Assembly (NCBI GenBank): GCA_012295275.1
Contig: CM022665.1
Span: forward strand, 5,518,001 to 5,582,000
Reading direction: 5' to 3'
DNA length: 64,000 bases
Origin: Chrysomallon squamiferum
Taxonomy: Eukaryota > Animalia > Mollusca
A program made the translations under genes and the position numbers. The notes beneath the pieces were generated by a model. The model worked only from the letters and a program-made list of their open reading frames with translations, was not told where the DNA came from and did no database searches. Numbering within the stretch: position 1 is the first letter of the stretch; the number at the start of each line of letters is the position of its first letter. Shown here piece after piece: positions 15,111 to 29,751 of the stretch.

Positions 15111-18100
15111 ACAGTATCATCATCTTGTTTTAGGTTGCGGTATTTTGTTCAGCTGACAATGTGCGTTTCCCATTCTAACCAGTGCCTCTTGAAATCTATA
15201 TGTTAATTTATTTCTGACAAAGTAACATATAAAATATAGTCTACTGCTAATATGCTTAATATTTGTTAATATTATATAAAGAACAATAGTTTATTATTTA
15301 TCCTCTCCGCCTTGTGTTATTTAAATGCATTTGTTGGAATGTGTATATATCTTTCACGTAGTCAAACTACCTGATTCACTTTGGTCGTAAAATAAACAAT
15401 ATTCAAAGAGTCCTGGAATGGAATTAACTGATGTGTTATTATTAATTAGAAGATACACTTTCTGTTTTTAAAGAATAATATATTTATAATATTCTGATTT
15501 ATTTTACTAAGTGATGACAAAATGAATACGATTTTGCAAATTTGCTCGCCAACAATTTAGCACAGCCTTCTTGTATATATTGTCTTAGATCCTATGAAGC
15601 TGGAAGGATGCCAAGATGAAATGAAAAACAAAATCGGTGGCAAGATAGTGTAACTGGTGTAACCTGAAGATATTTTGTCCTGCGGTAGTACGAGTTTAAC
15701 TTAATAACTCGTTCTGTATACAAAAGAAGAAGTGATAGCACAATGCAAGTCTGCTACAACAATACGTGTTTTGTCTGTACCACGTTTACTCAGTCCGGCA
15801 CTCAAATCCGTGAACAGCATCAGTTTCAGGATATAGACAAATAAAAGGACTGAATTCGTGATTGTTCTATTATTTAACTATATCCGTTCATGAGAAACAC
15901 CTACCGAAGCCCACACGAAGTGGATTGAGTGGCGGATATAAATGCTCTTAAACTTGGTTGTAATTAAGTTCAAATTTTCTCTAATGCTTTTGGGACCAAA
16001 ATGGGCATGTAGCTTACTGGCAGGATGCCCGTCTTAGCGAAGAATAATTTATTTTTGTTAGTTCGATCCTCAACAAGAAAACAGTTAAGATCTTTTGTTC
16101 TTCATTGATTACTTATGCAGTAGCTACGGTATACCAAATCATGCAGGGATAAAAATGTAATGGTTTCTCTATCATCAGTGTGTTTTCCTTTTATCCTTTT
16201 CTCTCTGCCACTCATCTCTTTGTGTGTGTGTGTGTGTGTCTTTATCTCATTGTTTCAGATACAGTACACATATGTATTATACGCAGGCACAACATAATGC
16301 ATCGACTATTTTTAAATTAAAAAACAATTGCTGCCACTGTGAGAAAAATATCCCTCTCTTTTTCTCATTTATTCACAAGAACTCAGCTTAAGTCATATTA
16401 CAAAAAGGCAATTATAAAATAATAACCTTTAAAATATCAGTATGAATTTAATGCTAGCTAGTAATATATTAAAACTATTATTTTTATTATTAAGGATTCC
16501 TGTGAGTCTGAGAGAAATACATATATGTGAGTTATACATACTGAAACAAACATTTCTGAAAATCTTCTCTTTTTATGCAATTACATTTTTTCTTCTTCTT
16601 CTTCTTTTTTTTTTTTTTTTTTTTTTTTTGTCATTTTATATTTTGATCCTCTTTCCATCTTATCCTCTTTATCTTCGTTTTTTCAGTCCTTTAAGGCATT
16701 CAGTAATGGCTTTGTGTTGAATGAATGTTATGTAATTATTTTTAAAATCCTATCCTCTTTCATTGAATTAAGTTTAGGTTGATTAGTCAAACAAATCCAA
16801 TTTCTTTAACTCACGAAGGCATGTACAATTAGATTTACCAAGATAAGAGCGGTTTTTAGAAAAAGAAAAAACATAACAAGTTAGAATAGATGTTGTCGAT
16901 AAAATTTGAATGTCAAGTATGTCTAGGATTATACGCACACAGCTTATCTTGTTAATTTATCTTCTAAATTTACATGTTTAAATTGTAATGGGAAACACAA
17001 AATCAACATTCGTATTTAAACTAATAAATAAATCTATTGGCATGAAACTGAAAGTTTTTCCTTCAAAGCTTTCTTGGACATGATCTACTTCATAAGCAAT
17101 GAATAATTCATGAAGCTTTACCTAACCAGTAACTTTTTTTTTTTTTTTTTTTTTTTAAATCTTTTTTTGTGTGTTATTATTAATAAGGATCAGTTTAGTT
17201 ATTGTTAAAAAGATTAACAAATGTTGGCGATAAGGATCAAAGTAACAAAACAATACAAAAACAATCCATGTAGATCAAGTGATTTTATTTTCTTCTATAA
17301 ATATTGTTATGATATTTCCTCGGTACCATTAGCTGGTCTGGTCTCTGTGAACACAACTTCTTGATGACCACACGAGAGTCGCTTCCATGAGATCACACCT
17401 TCAAAATAACATTATTTAATGCCTTTAGTTGTCTAGCAGAACCATCAATGTATTTATTTCCATGGCAGGCTTTATGGTAAATTCATTATGACTATCCCAC
17501 AAGACTGCTTAATGGTGATGTGTTCATGAATAACGGCATACGTTCGTTGAACTTTCTATTAATACCACAAGGTCTTTAAGAGACGCTATGTAATCTAATA
17601 GAAATACTGAAAGTCGACCGATTCTTGATCTAGAAACAACCGCTGGTGCATCGGCTTTTGTTTCCCATCTCTAACTTTATACTTTTTGTTTTAATGCTAA
17701 ATAACTTGATGACAGCTACACTGACAGCTTATATTTTGTATTAAAAATCACCTGTTGTAATGATAAATGAGGAAAGAAACGTATTTTAATAAGCTTATAT
17801 AGCTACTCTGACACTGACAGAAAGTTTCTTTTAAATGCAGTTTCCTGCAGATAGGAGAGAACATTGTCACTCCAGCTTGCGTTAGAACGGGATATGCCCC
17901 AAAGGCCGCACAAAAGGTAATAGATACTGCGACCCATCATTATTAACGTCAGAGATTTGACGATGAACTAACGCCGACTGCTTGAAATAAACCATATCAC
18001 AAGGTGTCAGTTTGCAGTGTAATAAATATATTTAAAATATCAATTTGATTTTGTAGATATTTTCCATATATAAGTATAGTGATGTCATATCGTAGAGAAT

Positions 18101-19084
18101 ATCTCGAAATCTTTCTTCTTCTTCTTTTCCTTCTTTTTAAAAAAAAAGTTTTAATACTAAATATCACAGGATTGAAGCTTTTATATGTCGGAATATATAA
18201 TTACAATTTATCCGACGTACAAAAGTAGTTTTTATATATATATATTTTTTTTTTGATGTCAGATTTTTATTTATCTTCATTTTCGCTTTCTTCTTCACAT
18301 GTCTGTTTATTTATTTCATTTTGTTAATAATCAACATTGTGACATCATCAGAATCGATTATTTCATTGAAGTTATTTTTTAATTTTTCTTTTAAAATTAT
18401 TTTCTTTCTTTTCTTTAATCTGTCGCGAGTAAACCTATTATAATATATAATGATTCAGTTACGTTTGAATGAAATTCTTGTTTATAATACATGGTGCAAG
18501 ACGTAACAGTAAACAATGGAGAATTAGTGAGTGAATAGCGGAGAAGTAACTGTGTCTTATGAATAATGTAACCTCTTCCTTTTTTTACATATTATGTAGG
18601 AAGATATGATTATGTTGAATTTGCTAGGTTATCTTTTCTTCTTCTTTTTTTTATTAATTCTAAAAAAAAAAATGCTTTTTTTTTTTTTGGTTCGTTCCTT
18701 TTAGGTTTTTATTTTTATTGTCAGTTGTTGCTTTCGTGTGTTTTGTTTTTGTTGTTCTGTTTGTCGTTTTTGCTTTTGTATTTGTCGGGGTTTTGGGGAT
18801 TTTTTTTTTTTCTCTTTTTATAGCTTTCTTTTCTTTTTTTTTTTTTTTTTGGTTTCTTTTTGTTTCTTACTTCTTTTTTACTTCCATTTTTTTTTTTTTT
18901 TTTTTTTTAATGGATTTATGTCCTTGAAAACTCGTCTTATTCTTTTAATATCATTTATTATTATTATTATTTATTTTCAACTCTTCCTTTTCTTTCTTGT
19001 TTTCTTTTTCTTCTTGATGGAAAGACCCCAGTTATTAAAGAGTGAGCCCGAAACGTGACGTGGCGCAGATCACTGCTCGGGTGA

Positions 19085-19136
19085 TTTTCCTGTTCCAGCC
19101 AGTTAACCACGATTACTTTGTCAAAGGCCGTGGCAT
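19085..19136 (+). mobile_element. SINE central-domain fragment
   Basis: GTTCCAGCCAG...TCAAAGGCCGTGG; motifs shared with the copies at 25.8 kb (minus strand) and 38.3 kb. Confidence 0.55.
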
Positions 19137-20811
19137 TTGGAGACGCTTTTTAAAAATCGCTAACTGCAAATCAATAAGAGAAGATAATAGAAAATATTCC
19201 ATTGTTCTATCATTTCTATCATTACCAAACAAAACGAAAACAAATTATCTGTTTTTGCCAAAATGTGTTAAAATGTTGTTGAACATATTTATATTAACTG
19301 ATCTTCTTAATCATCATTGAGTTTACTCTTTTTTCCGACTTATCTCATAATTTCGTTCGTTTCATACGTTTTTTTTTTTTTTTTCATTGAAACTGAAAAT
19401 CATCTCCAAAACTGTCTTCTTTTTCACACATAATTTTAGACTTGGCAGAATTCCTTGCTGACGGCATTTCCCCTTTAACCATACAAATAGCCGACAATCA
19501 TTTAGAGATTGAATTATTGGTTGTTATTCATTAAACATGGCATAAGATGCAGGCAAGCAACTTCCAAATAAGGATATCCCATTGACTGTTATAGATATTC
19601 TTTAGTCCAGTAATGTAGTTACGGTTCTTAAATAGCCCGTAAATATCTGATGGCGATTTGCATTTCAAGCAAGCGGCTTTGTTAATAGAGCGATGCAAAG
19701 GTCGGAATGACAGCGGTTTTTGTCCTTGCTGTTTTGATAAATCGTTCAACTGATTTCTTTATAAGAATCATGTAAAAAAAAAAAAAAATGTGTGTACAAA
19801 TGCTTTGCTGAAAAATACAAGTAGTAGTAGTAGTAAGAGCAGCAGCAACAGCAGCAGCAGCGTAATAGTAGTAGTAATAATAGTAACAGTAATAATAGTA
19901 GTAGTGGTAGAAGTATAGCAGTAAGACAAGTGGCAGTAGTAGTAGTAGTAGTGGTGATGGTGGTAGTGGCAGTAGTCTTATTTAAGCCGTATATAAAAAT
20001 GTTTTCAGGTCAATAAATGACAAAAAAATATAAAAATCTATAGATTTGTAATTTTCCGAGTACACAGTGTCAGATAGATCAAAAACAACAAGATTATTTA
20101 TGAAGTCTATGATGTTTTTTGCCCAGTTGTATTAGTTTGAAAATCAAATATTAAACAGATCGTTGTCTTATAATGCTTCAGTGTTTCGGAAACAGTGAAT
20201 GAACATTTGATTATTTATGAAGCGTCTGACAGTTGTTTTATTACTGTTGTTAGTGGTAGCAGTGGTGGTGCTACTGCTGATACTGACAGTAACAGTATAA
20301 GAATAGTAGTTGATACTAGTAAGAATGTTATAGAAGTCCTTGCAGTAGTAGTAGTGATGGTTACAGTAGTGTTGTAATCGTACTGTTGGTAGCAGTATTA
20401 GTAGCAGAAGTTTAGAAGTAGTAATAGCAGCATCAGGAGTACTACTAGTAGTTGTAGTAGTAGTTGTAGTAGTATTAGCTAACTGTGGTACTGTCAGCAG
20501 TAGCAGTAATAACGGGAATAGTAATGTTAGTTGTTACTGTTATTGTTGTTGTTGCAGTAGTAGTATCTGTCATCTTGCTTGTAGGCTTCCTGTTGTTCAT
20601 GCCTATTCGAGATAAGTTATTATTTATTGCGTGCCTTCTCTTGCTGTGGCAAAACATTAGAAATAAATATCTTTTATTGCTCCTCGGCACGCAAATCTGA
20701 AATCTATTTATCGTGTGAAACAGTTGGATTTAATGGACACAGGCAGATACAGTTGTTAAGTGTCGTAATAATTTCTTTACTGTATGACTTTTTTATTATT
20801 TATTTTTTTAT

Positions 20812-20849
<38 letters not shown>

Positions 20850-23242
20850 GCTTTAAGATGTATATTTTGTTTATTCATAACTGGCTGGTTGGAAGTAGTA
20901 ACAAAAACAAATTATCTTCGAAAATCTATATAGCTGCAATAATAAGTCTTAGCTTAAAATGAAATCAGTGCATATTAAATATTGCTGGACTTTTGCCGCT
21001 GCTTTTCGTCCTTGGTGACAGGGACGTGAATATATGAATATTAAACAGACAGCTTGTGAAAACTTGAATTTCTTTATATTCTAAAAAATAAATTAGATTA
21101 AACTGCTTCTCGGGCAAAACCGATTTAAAAAAAAAAAATGGTGTAAAATAATTTTTTTTTTTTTTTTTTTAAACTTTAGAAGCTAGTGATTGGAAAATAA
21201 AAAATTTAATGTTTAAAATACATAAAATTCTTATTCTATCAGTTAAAAAAACAGAACATCATGGTTTGACGTCATCTGTTATTAAATATCATCGCTTTTT
21301 ATCCTGTTTTTGATGGCAGCATAGGAAATGTTCACAAAATACCAATTATCAGAGACGGTGAGTCTGTTATATTCAGTCCATTGGTGGAACCAGATTTGAG
21401 AGAATGGTGAGCGCCGTAATTTTCATGATGAAATGAGTTTCACTGTAAAGATTAAAACGTCAGTGTGCTGTTGACATATTCAGTCTGGCTGTTTACGTTT
21501 CCAACAAAAGATGCGTCATCTTGTGTTATTCCTAACTTTTAGGTAACAACAAATGTGAAAATGCAGACAACGGGTAGCTTTTACAAATTAAATGAAAGTC
21601 GCTATTAGTTGCAGAAAGTCGCTAAAACGCTGTCTCAGAGAATCTGTCAAACTACACGAATGAAAGCATCGACAGCAATAAAACGATTATGTGGTTTCAG
21701 TAACAGTCGACTTGTAAACTGACGCATGGTAAATGGATATCATTAGATTTGTTTTAACATGTGGTTAATACCAGTTTGTCTGTTGTCATTTTGAAAGTTC
21801 TGATGTACTGTTAAACGATAGGATTTTAATCTCTATCTCTTTTTTTTTTTTTTTTTCTTTTTTCTTTTTTTTTTTTGTTTGTTATAAATTACAATAGATA
21901 CTATATAACCGGTTATGTATTCGACATCTCATAGATGAAACTCACTTGTTAATTCAGTTTGTATTCAGCTTTTCTCTGCGCTCTGGAAAATCAAGTGTTG
22001 GATGTGGTCTTTGTTGTGACTGTATTCTGGACGCAGTGCACAATGCTGTAACTGTCGTTGTTGTTACGTACTGCAATCAAAACTATGGGTATAACTGCTG
22101 TCAAGAATATAAATGCAGTAACATCGATAACAATCGTAGTAGTAGTAACAACAGGAGCAGTAACTGTTATGATTGTAACTGCAGTAGTACCAGTAAAAAT
22201 AGTAGTACTAACAGCAGCAACAGCTAAAGTAGTAGTAGTCGCGGGACTAGTAGTAGTAGTAGTAGTGGTAGTAGTAGAGTAGTAATACTGATAGAGTAGA
22301 AGCAATTGCAATAGTCTTAGTATTTGTAGTGGTAAAGATGAATTACGGATAACAGTTATTTCGTTTTAATTTCACTAAAGGACAAACATTTTAAATTAAA
22401 TCATAACATTTCTAGAGTTACATTGGACTGAACTCATAATTACTTTATGTCATTTAAGCAGCGCAATAACAATTTTTCAAATTTCCTTTATTTATTTATT
22501 TTTTCTTAATAACGAAACTACTCGCATAGGAAATAACATTTCAGTGATTTGTAATTGAGTTTTAATGACTTTTTGCGTGGGTCGTAAAGCAAATTTCCTT
22601 CCGACATTTTTCTTCGACATCATATCTGACATTAGCTTTCTTTCTTTTCAGAATTGTTTTTTGTTTTTTTTGGCAGTTTAAAGTCAGGTAATGTGATAAT
22701 GTGCATGTTTGATACTCAGACGGTGTTGTTTAAGAACATATTGTAGAAGTGAACTTGTCGCCGTTTTACATCAGCTCTGACAGTTGGTGTCACTGGTGAG
22801 CTTATGATGTCAGACACTTCTCCCAGAATTAATCTTTCAGAGGAAGACACTTGACAAGTCCATAATGAAGTAATGTTTTCTCAAACTGCAGTACCTTCTA
22901 GCGATCACTGATAAAACAAAGCGAACTGTAAGAGATGTTATCCGTTCTTGTCGATGAATGATAAAGCAAGAAGAGTGCGAGCGATTTGATTCACTGCAGC
23001 GGTGGAATGATTAAAACAAAGTGTTTGACAGTTTGATTTTTGTCTTAATATTTGTTCGGGAAGCCGCTCCTTTTTCAAGAGAGTTTGACGAGAAAATTAA
23101 TTCTTCTTATTTTATTTGACATTTGCTTTTTATTTGTTCAATCATTGTCGGACGTTTTTTGCATACTCTTATTATTATTTTATTATTATTATTATTATTT
23201 TATTTGTTCAGTCATATTATTCGGACGTTTTTATTATTATAC

Positions 23243-23358
<116 letters not shown>

Positions 23359-24489
23359 TGACCTTTTAGTTTAATTTTGAAATAGTTTTAAAGCAATATA
23401 TTTTGCAAATGAAATTCTCTAGGGCAATTTCGAATTAGTGAATGAAAACTGATTATTTATTAAACGGCTGATATCATTTTGTTATTATCGTTTCCTATTG
23501 TTTAAATTATCATTAAATATATTATATTTTTATTAGATGTAGTAGTTATTGTTGTCATCATAGTAGCAACAAATGTAACAATTGCAGCTGTAGTTGTAAT
23601 TGCACTAGTGCTTGTAGTAGTAGTAGTAGTAGTAGTAGAAGTAGTAGTAGTATTTGTTGTTGTTTACTGTATGGTGATAATAGAAGGATTTTTAATGCTA
23701 ATAGCAATAGCAGCTGTTTGTTGTTGTCGACTCGTTGTAGAGGTAGTTGTATTAATAGTAAAAATAATAATCGCTGTAATTATTCTAGTATTATCATTAT
23801 TGTTGCTGTTGCCGTTGTTGTTGTTGTTTTTGTTTTTATTTATTCATAGATGCTTTTCTAACGGTAAAAAAAAAAAAAAAATGTCTTCAAGTATTTACCT
23901 TTGTTTAATGGCATTCATTGACTTGGGATATAGGCTACAGCATGCCTATTTATGAAATTTTCATTTTCAGCTGATTTTGAAACATATTGTAATGTATCAT
24001 TATAGTCTGTGATAAAAAAATAAAAATAAAAAAAATACTGTCACTCAAACGCGGTCATTCGTGTGCAAACATACAGCACAAAATATAATTCATCATGCGA
24101 GAAAATGAGATTTAATTACATATTCTAACAACAAACCCGCCGCTTCCACTGGTCAAAGTCTCTTGCAATCAGCTCTTTGCAGATTTAACAGTTTCAGACA
24201 AATAGTCTACTATGTGAAAATTGCCAGTACAAACACATTAAGCAACTAATGACTTTCGTGCACAGTCCGGTGTAATTCGCTGCTAGACGGTGTTTTTCTA
24301 GTCGTTTTTTTTTAGATGGTGGCGCTATACAGCTGTACTTTAGGACACTCGTACTATCTGATGTACCGCTCCGCAGACAAGCGAATGTCGAGGGACTTTA
24401 TACCTCCTCCCTGATTAAATATTTTTCAACTCTTTTTAAAAAAAGTATCTTCCTGTCCGACAAAATATAATTCAGTTTCTATTTCTTTT

Positions 24490-24516
24490 CATTCATCCAT
24501 CCATCTATCCATCCAT

Positions 24517-24548
<32 letters not shown>

Positions 24549-24752
24549 ACATACATACATACATACATACAAACATTCATATATATATATACATATATAA
24601 ATACAAACATACATGCATACATACATACAAACCTACATATATAGATACATACAAACGTACATACATAGATACATAGATACATACATACATACATACATAC
24701 ATACATACATACATACATACGTACATACGTACATACGTACATACATACATAC
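24490..24752. repeat. Compound (CCAT)n/(ACAT)n tetranucleotide microsatellite
   Basis: Read directly from the sequence. Confidence 0.9.
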
Positions 24753-25175
24753 ACCGTATGAAAACAGAAATTAAATTACTTTATACACATACATATACAC
24801 ACATGCACACACACATCATACGTACATACACACATACATGCAATTTAAGAGTATCAACAGCTGATACACATTCCTGACAAAGGGATCGGTATCTTTTACA
24901 TGAATAAATCTCTGTTGATAGGAATTGTCTTACTCCTGTCTGTAAAAAAACAACAATCCAGGCTTTTAAAGTGCAGAAGTCAGATATAATTATTACGAAA
25001 CTCACTTATCGCTGAAAAAATCAATGTACTCACGTATCTTTTTAAACAAAGCGTATTTTTTATTTGTCTGCTGTAGATTTGTGAAAAATATCTGAAATAC
25101 AGAAATGTTCTTCAATGCAAAATATAAAATGCAAAATATAAAAACGAAATCAAAGAATCATAACCACCGAATTTG

Positions 25176-25254
<79 letters not shown>

Positions 25255-25699
25255 GATCAGCAAAAACTGTAAGAGAAATATATTGAATGCATTTAGGCCA
25301 TGTCAACACGCTATTAAATAGAATCAAGCCATTTGTATACATCGCCAAATGTTGCCTTTAGTATTGAGATAATTACATCCCAAAACGTATTTAGAGATAA
25401 TTACTGGCAGGGAGGCAGCAATTAAAATCGATAACCTTTGCTGCATACTGATGTCATGGAGTTCCAAAATTTTGTGTGTTTCTTTTTGGAAGCAGGTCAC
25501 GGTTTTGTATAACTGCCCACATAAACATTTAGTGGTTTAACGTATTTTTTTCCACAATAGAAAACTTGAGTATTCCTCCAAACGAATCCACTTTGTTGAA
25601 TATTAAAAATAAATTATTCGTTTTAAAAAATCGATGGTGGTGGTGATGTCAGAAATGACGATAATATGAGTATTTGTAAAGAAGAGAAGAAGTGTTATA

Positions 25700-25925
25700 G
25701 ACGTTGTATATCAGCCAAACCAAGAGTCAAGGAAGAAAACTGTTATTGCTACGTTTTTGCATTATAACATAAACTAGCAAAGGCAGTACATACCAAGAAC
25801 TTTGTTACCAGGTAATAATACGCTGGCTGGAACGAGAATAAGTCCCATGGACCCCCACCTACGAGGAATCGATCCTAAACTGATTAGTCATCAGACGAGA
25901 GCTTCACCAATGAGCTACGTGACTC
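25700..25925 (-). mobile_element. Degenerate tRNA-derived SINE (Meta/MESC-like central domain)
   Basis: Minus strand has A-box TAGCTCATTGG (25917-25907) and B-box-like GGATCGATTCC (25875-25865), followed by TCTCGTTCCAGCCAG...GGTAACAAAG...TGGTATGTACT. Family assignment is from memory of mollusc SINE consensus, not from a search. Confidence 0.7.
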
Positions 25926-26662
25926 GACTTAGTATTTATTTATAAAAACAAATGTATTTGTTAGAAAAAAAGTCTTTGAAAATTGTGGCTTCGTGCATAT
26001 GTTTGCAGCTCTTTTTTTTATATAATAATAATAAAAAAAAAAAAAAAAAAAAATAATAATACTTTCCGGTATACGTTGTTTCTTTGAGCCTTCGAGAACG
26101 TCTGAATCCACGTTTATATTATTCATGCGTTTTATCTGCTTTCATCGGAATCTTTCAAAAAAACATTTTGCCATTAATTTGCTAAAAACATCAGAAATAG
26201 TTATTCATTATTTACACGGCCAGAACTTTGTTTAAAATGTGAACAGTTTAATAGGTTCTGCTCATCATATTGTCAGACAGCTGCTAAAAGCACTAAGCGA
26301 GATTTGTTTTCTGATATAACATGTCTTCGCGTTTGTCGAAGCTCTGCAATCGATCTCATGGTGATGGAAATGTGATGTTCTGCTTTTCCCTGTCTGGACA
26401 TAACGATGTTCCGACGCTTATCTGGTGGTCTGGTTGCTTTTACATACAGACAAACAGTTATATACAAATACTAATGGATATACAGTGTCACTCACGTATA
26501 TGTACTCTAATAGTATACACATATTACAAGCTGTCGTGCATTCTAGAAATACCAATATGCCCATTTACCAGAAATATCGTTAACTGTATTATAATAAATA
26601 TTTTTGATTTTCTAATATTCTAATTCAAACATATTTAAATAAATTCACACTTCATTTCAGTT

Positions 26663-26705
<43 letters not shown>

Positions 26706-28072
26706 TTCATTCATTCATTCGTTCATTCGTTACTGTTATAAAATTATACGTCATAAGGCAAAAATTCATGTAAACATACCATACACATAAAACACCCTAT
26801 ATTCTAACAAACACCCACCTAATCAAAGAATGGCATGCATTGTAATAGAAATGCGCACAAATACATAGACAAAAAAATATACATAAAAGCACTCAATCAT
26901 TTGGAAACAAAAGCAGTGATAAAGAAAGCCTTACATATGTATCACATGTTAGAAAAAAACCCCATACAAACACAAGTCCATAGGCGAAACAGTATAAAAA
27001 CAAACACACGAATATACATGAATACAGAAAAAAATAAAAGCATCATTATTCAGTTATGACAAACACATAGATAGAGACGCATACATATAAATACACACAT
27101 CCTAATACACACTCTAAAACTTTTAATAACTAGTTCATAAAAAATCTTAAAGGCTCAAACTGTGTTAAGGTGAAACAAAAACGCGTGCAGGTTAATTTGA
27201 AAACAATACGATAACAAAATCTGACAACCATAAGCTTTGCGTAAGTAGATAAAAGATGTCAAATGACCTTTTGTAAAGAATGTATAGATACATCAGAGAA
27301 CAATGTTTTGGAGACTGTACTTTAAATAATATTTAAAGCATTTTTTAATTCTGGAAGAATTATCAGTGTTAACTTTGTTAATTTTAAAAGCCATATTTAA
27401 TTTGTAATTATAGACATCTGATTTTTATTTCAGTTCAATACAATAGCACGATTTTAAAATTACATTTTCTGGTATTTATTGAAAACATTATTGATCTGGT
27501 GTTTCAAATAATTTTCTAAATCTCATTAAGGAGGAATTCTTTGCTGTAGTGGCTGTGCTTGGTTTCCTTTCTAATTTATTTAAAATCTATATTACTTTTA
27601 AAATTTTCATTTGGTTTTGTGTTGGGTTTTTTTTGGTTGTTATTTTTTTATTTTTTTTTTACTTAATTTTATTTTATTTTGAATTATTTTTATTTTTCTT
27701 TGACTTCTATTAGCATTTCGATTTACAAAAGAATAAACTTACATTTCAGAAAACTGAGCCCACTAATAAATGTTGCACATAGGACAAAATAAAAATGTAA
27801 TAAAAACTGAAACAGAATAACAGAAATGTATTGTGAGTAAAGTGATTAATGGGAGATCTCTGATAACAGTGACAGCAATTAGAAACATGTAACACCTGCT
27901 TCATAATAACTCAAACAACAATAGGCTTTCCGTAAGCAGATCACATCCTTTTTCTAGTCCAGCTTTTGTCAGGTTGAAACACACAGTAATCGATAGTGTA
28001 AATGTTTACCTTCCTAATGTATCTGAAGATGAGGTTTTGATCATCTTTTTATTATTATATCATTAAAACCTA

Positions 28073-28370
28073 CATAATGTTCAGCTGATGCTTCCTATAA
28101 TATTTAGATGATGCCATGTATACAATATTCAGTTAATACTACATATAATGTTCAATTCATGCTACACAAAATGTTCATTTGATGCTATTTATAATGTTAA
28201 GTTGATACTGTGTATGATATTCAGCGGACACTATGGATGATGTTCTGTTGATGCTACACATAATGTTCGGTTGATGATATGTGTAGTGTTCAGTTAATAC
28301 TATAAATATAACGTTGTGTTAGTTATGTATATAATATTGTTACTACAAACAATGATCTGTTGATGCAAAA
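28073..28370. repeat. Old degenerate 23-bp minisatellite, about 11-12 copies
   Basis: Consensus about ATAATGTTCAGTTGATGCTACAT recurring with roughly 23-bp period and many substitutions. Confidence 0.75.
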
Positions 28371-29157
28371 TATGTCATCGCTCGTAAAGATTCGCAAGTA
28401 CACTTTTGACGATAAAACGGTAAAACGGTAAAACGTGATTTTGCAAGTTCGTATAATATTTATTTCATCACGTTACTATTATTCCAGCGTTGACATTGAA
28501 GGATGACAATCATGTTCTTGAATAAGACAGTAATTCCGGCAAGGGACGTTCTACCAATTTCTCGTAGTCTTAGCAGCAATATGTCGTCTTTCTCTTCTTC
28601 TTTTTTTTTTTTTTTTTTTTTTGTAACTTTGCTGCAGCTAAGATTCTTTTGTTGGTGGGTCTGTGGATATACACGCTCATTCGATTCAGTGTGTCCTCTG
28701 TATATTTGTATTCCGGTGAAAACCAACTCCCTTGCGACACCAACAGTATAAGTAATTCATTATCTGTTTCTGTGAGATAACTCTAGAGAGGTCGTTTTAT
28801 TGTCTCTAATAATAATGTGTACCAAGAGTTTGGTTGTTTCTGCTCAGACGTCAGGATGTGAGTTTCGTTTCTGGAATTCAAATCTACTGCCACGACTCCG
28901 GTTTCGTAATAACCGAACTTTCCTTACCTAAAAGGACAACCAAAAAAAAAAAAAAATAATAATTTTTCTTAGTTTCTACTTTCCGTTGATTTTTATTGCA
29001 GGTTTCTGTGATGACGTAGTGACGTTTTTCGCCAGTTTCTTCGTTTGTGTTGCCACAACAGACGTTTCTTCGATGACACATCCTTTTCTCTAGACTCGCA
29101 ACCAATAATGGATGACTGCATTCTGATGTCCTACACTAACGAGATTATTACGTCCCT

Positions 29158-29310
29158 ATGGAAATGATACGCACTGTGATATCGACGACGACGACTACGA
29201 TGCCTGACAACATGACTGGCGTCACACGCGTTGGCAGGACGTTCATGTCTGGTGTTTTGTCAAATGTCTGCTTTGTGGTTTTGTTGACCTTTGTCGTCGC
29301 TGTAAAACAG
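29158..29310 (+). CDS. Secreted Cys-rich protein, first coding exon (signal peptide); start could be ATG 29158, 29164, 29200, 29212 or 29245
   Basis: MSGVLSNVCFVVLLTFVVAVKQ hydrophobic stretch ending at donor CAG|GTAAGA (phase 0); upstream acceptors TTTTTATTGCAG (29001) and TCCTTTTCTCTAG (29093). Confidence 0.75.
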
Positions 29311-29716
29311 GTAAGAATAAATTCCATTCAGTTTTGTTTATTGTGCGTTCTGTCACATGGGACTGGAGTGAATTATGTCTGTTTGTCTCTGTGTGTAAGT
29401 GTGTGAGTGTCATGTGGGTAGGAATAAGTGACACTGCGATAATTTACATCGATTTAGATATCAACGAACCTGTATTTATAATGTGTAGAGGTGTTTTTTT
29501 TGTCTTCTATTTTCTTTATTTCTTTATCTATTGTTATTATTATAACTATATTTTCGTTAATTTTTAATTAATTAATTTATTTGTTGTTATTATTATTACG
29601 TTTTCGTTAATTTTTATTTCTTTGTATTTTGTTTGTTTGTCTTGTAATAGAATTAGGATATGTCTACTGTTTATGACTATTCTTTTTTTCTTTTATTTAC
29701 ATTTCTATGGGATTCT

Positions 29717-29751
<35 letters not shown>

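Noticed and set aside
25865-25925. tRNA gene on the minus strand
   Set aside because: A and B boxes are present but there is no convincing cloverleaf, and the sequence continues into a SINE body.
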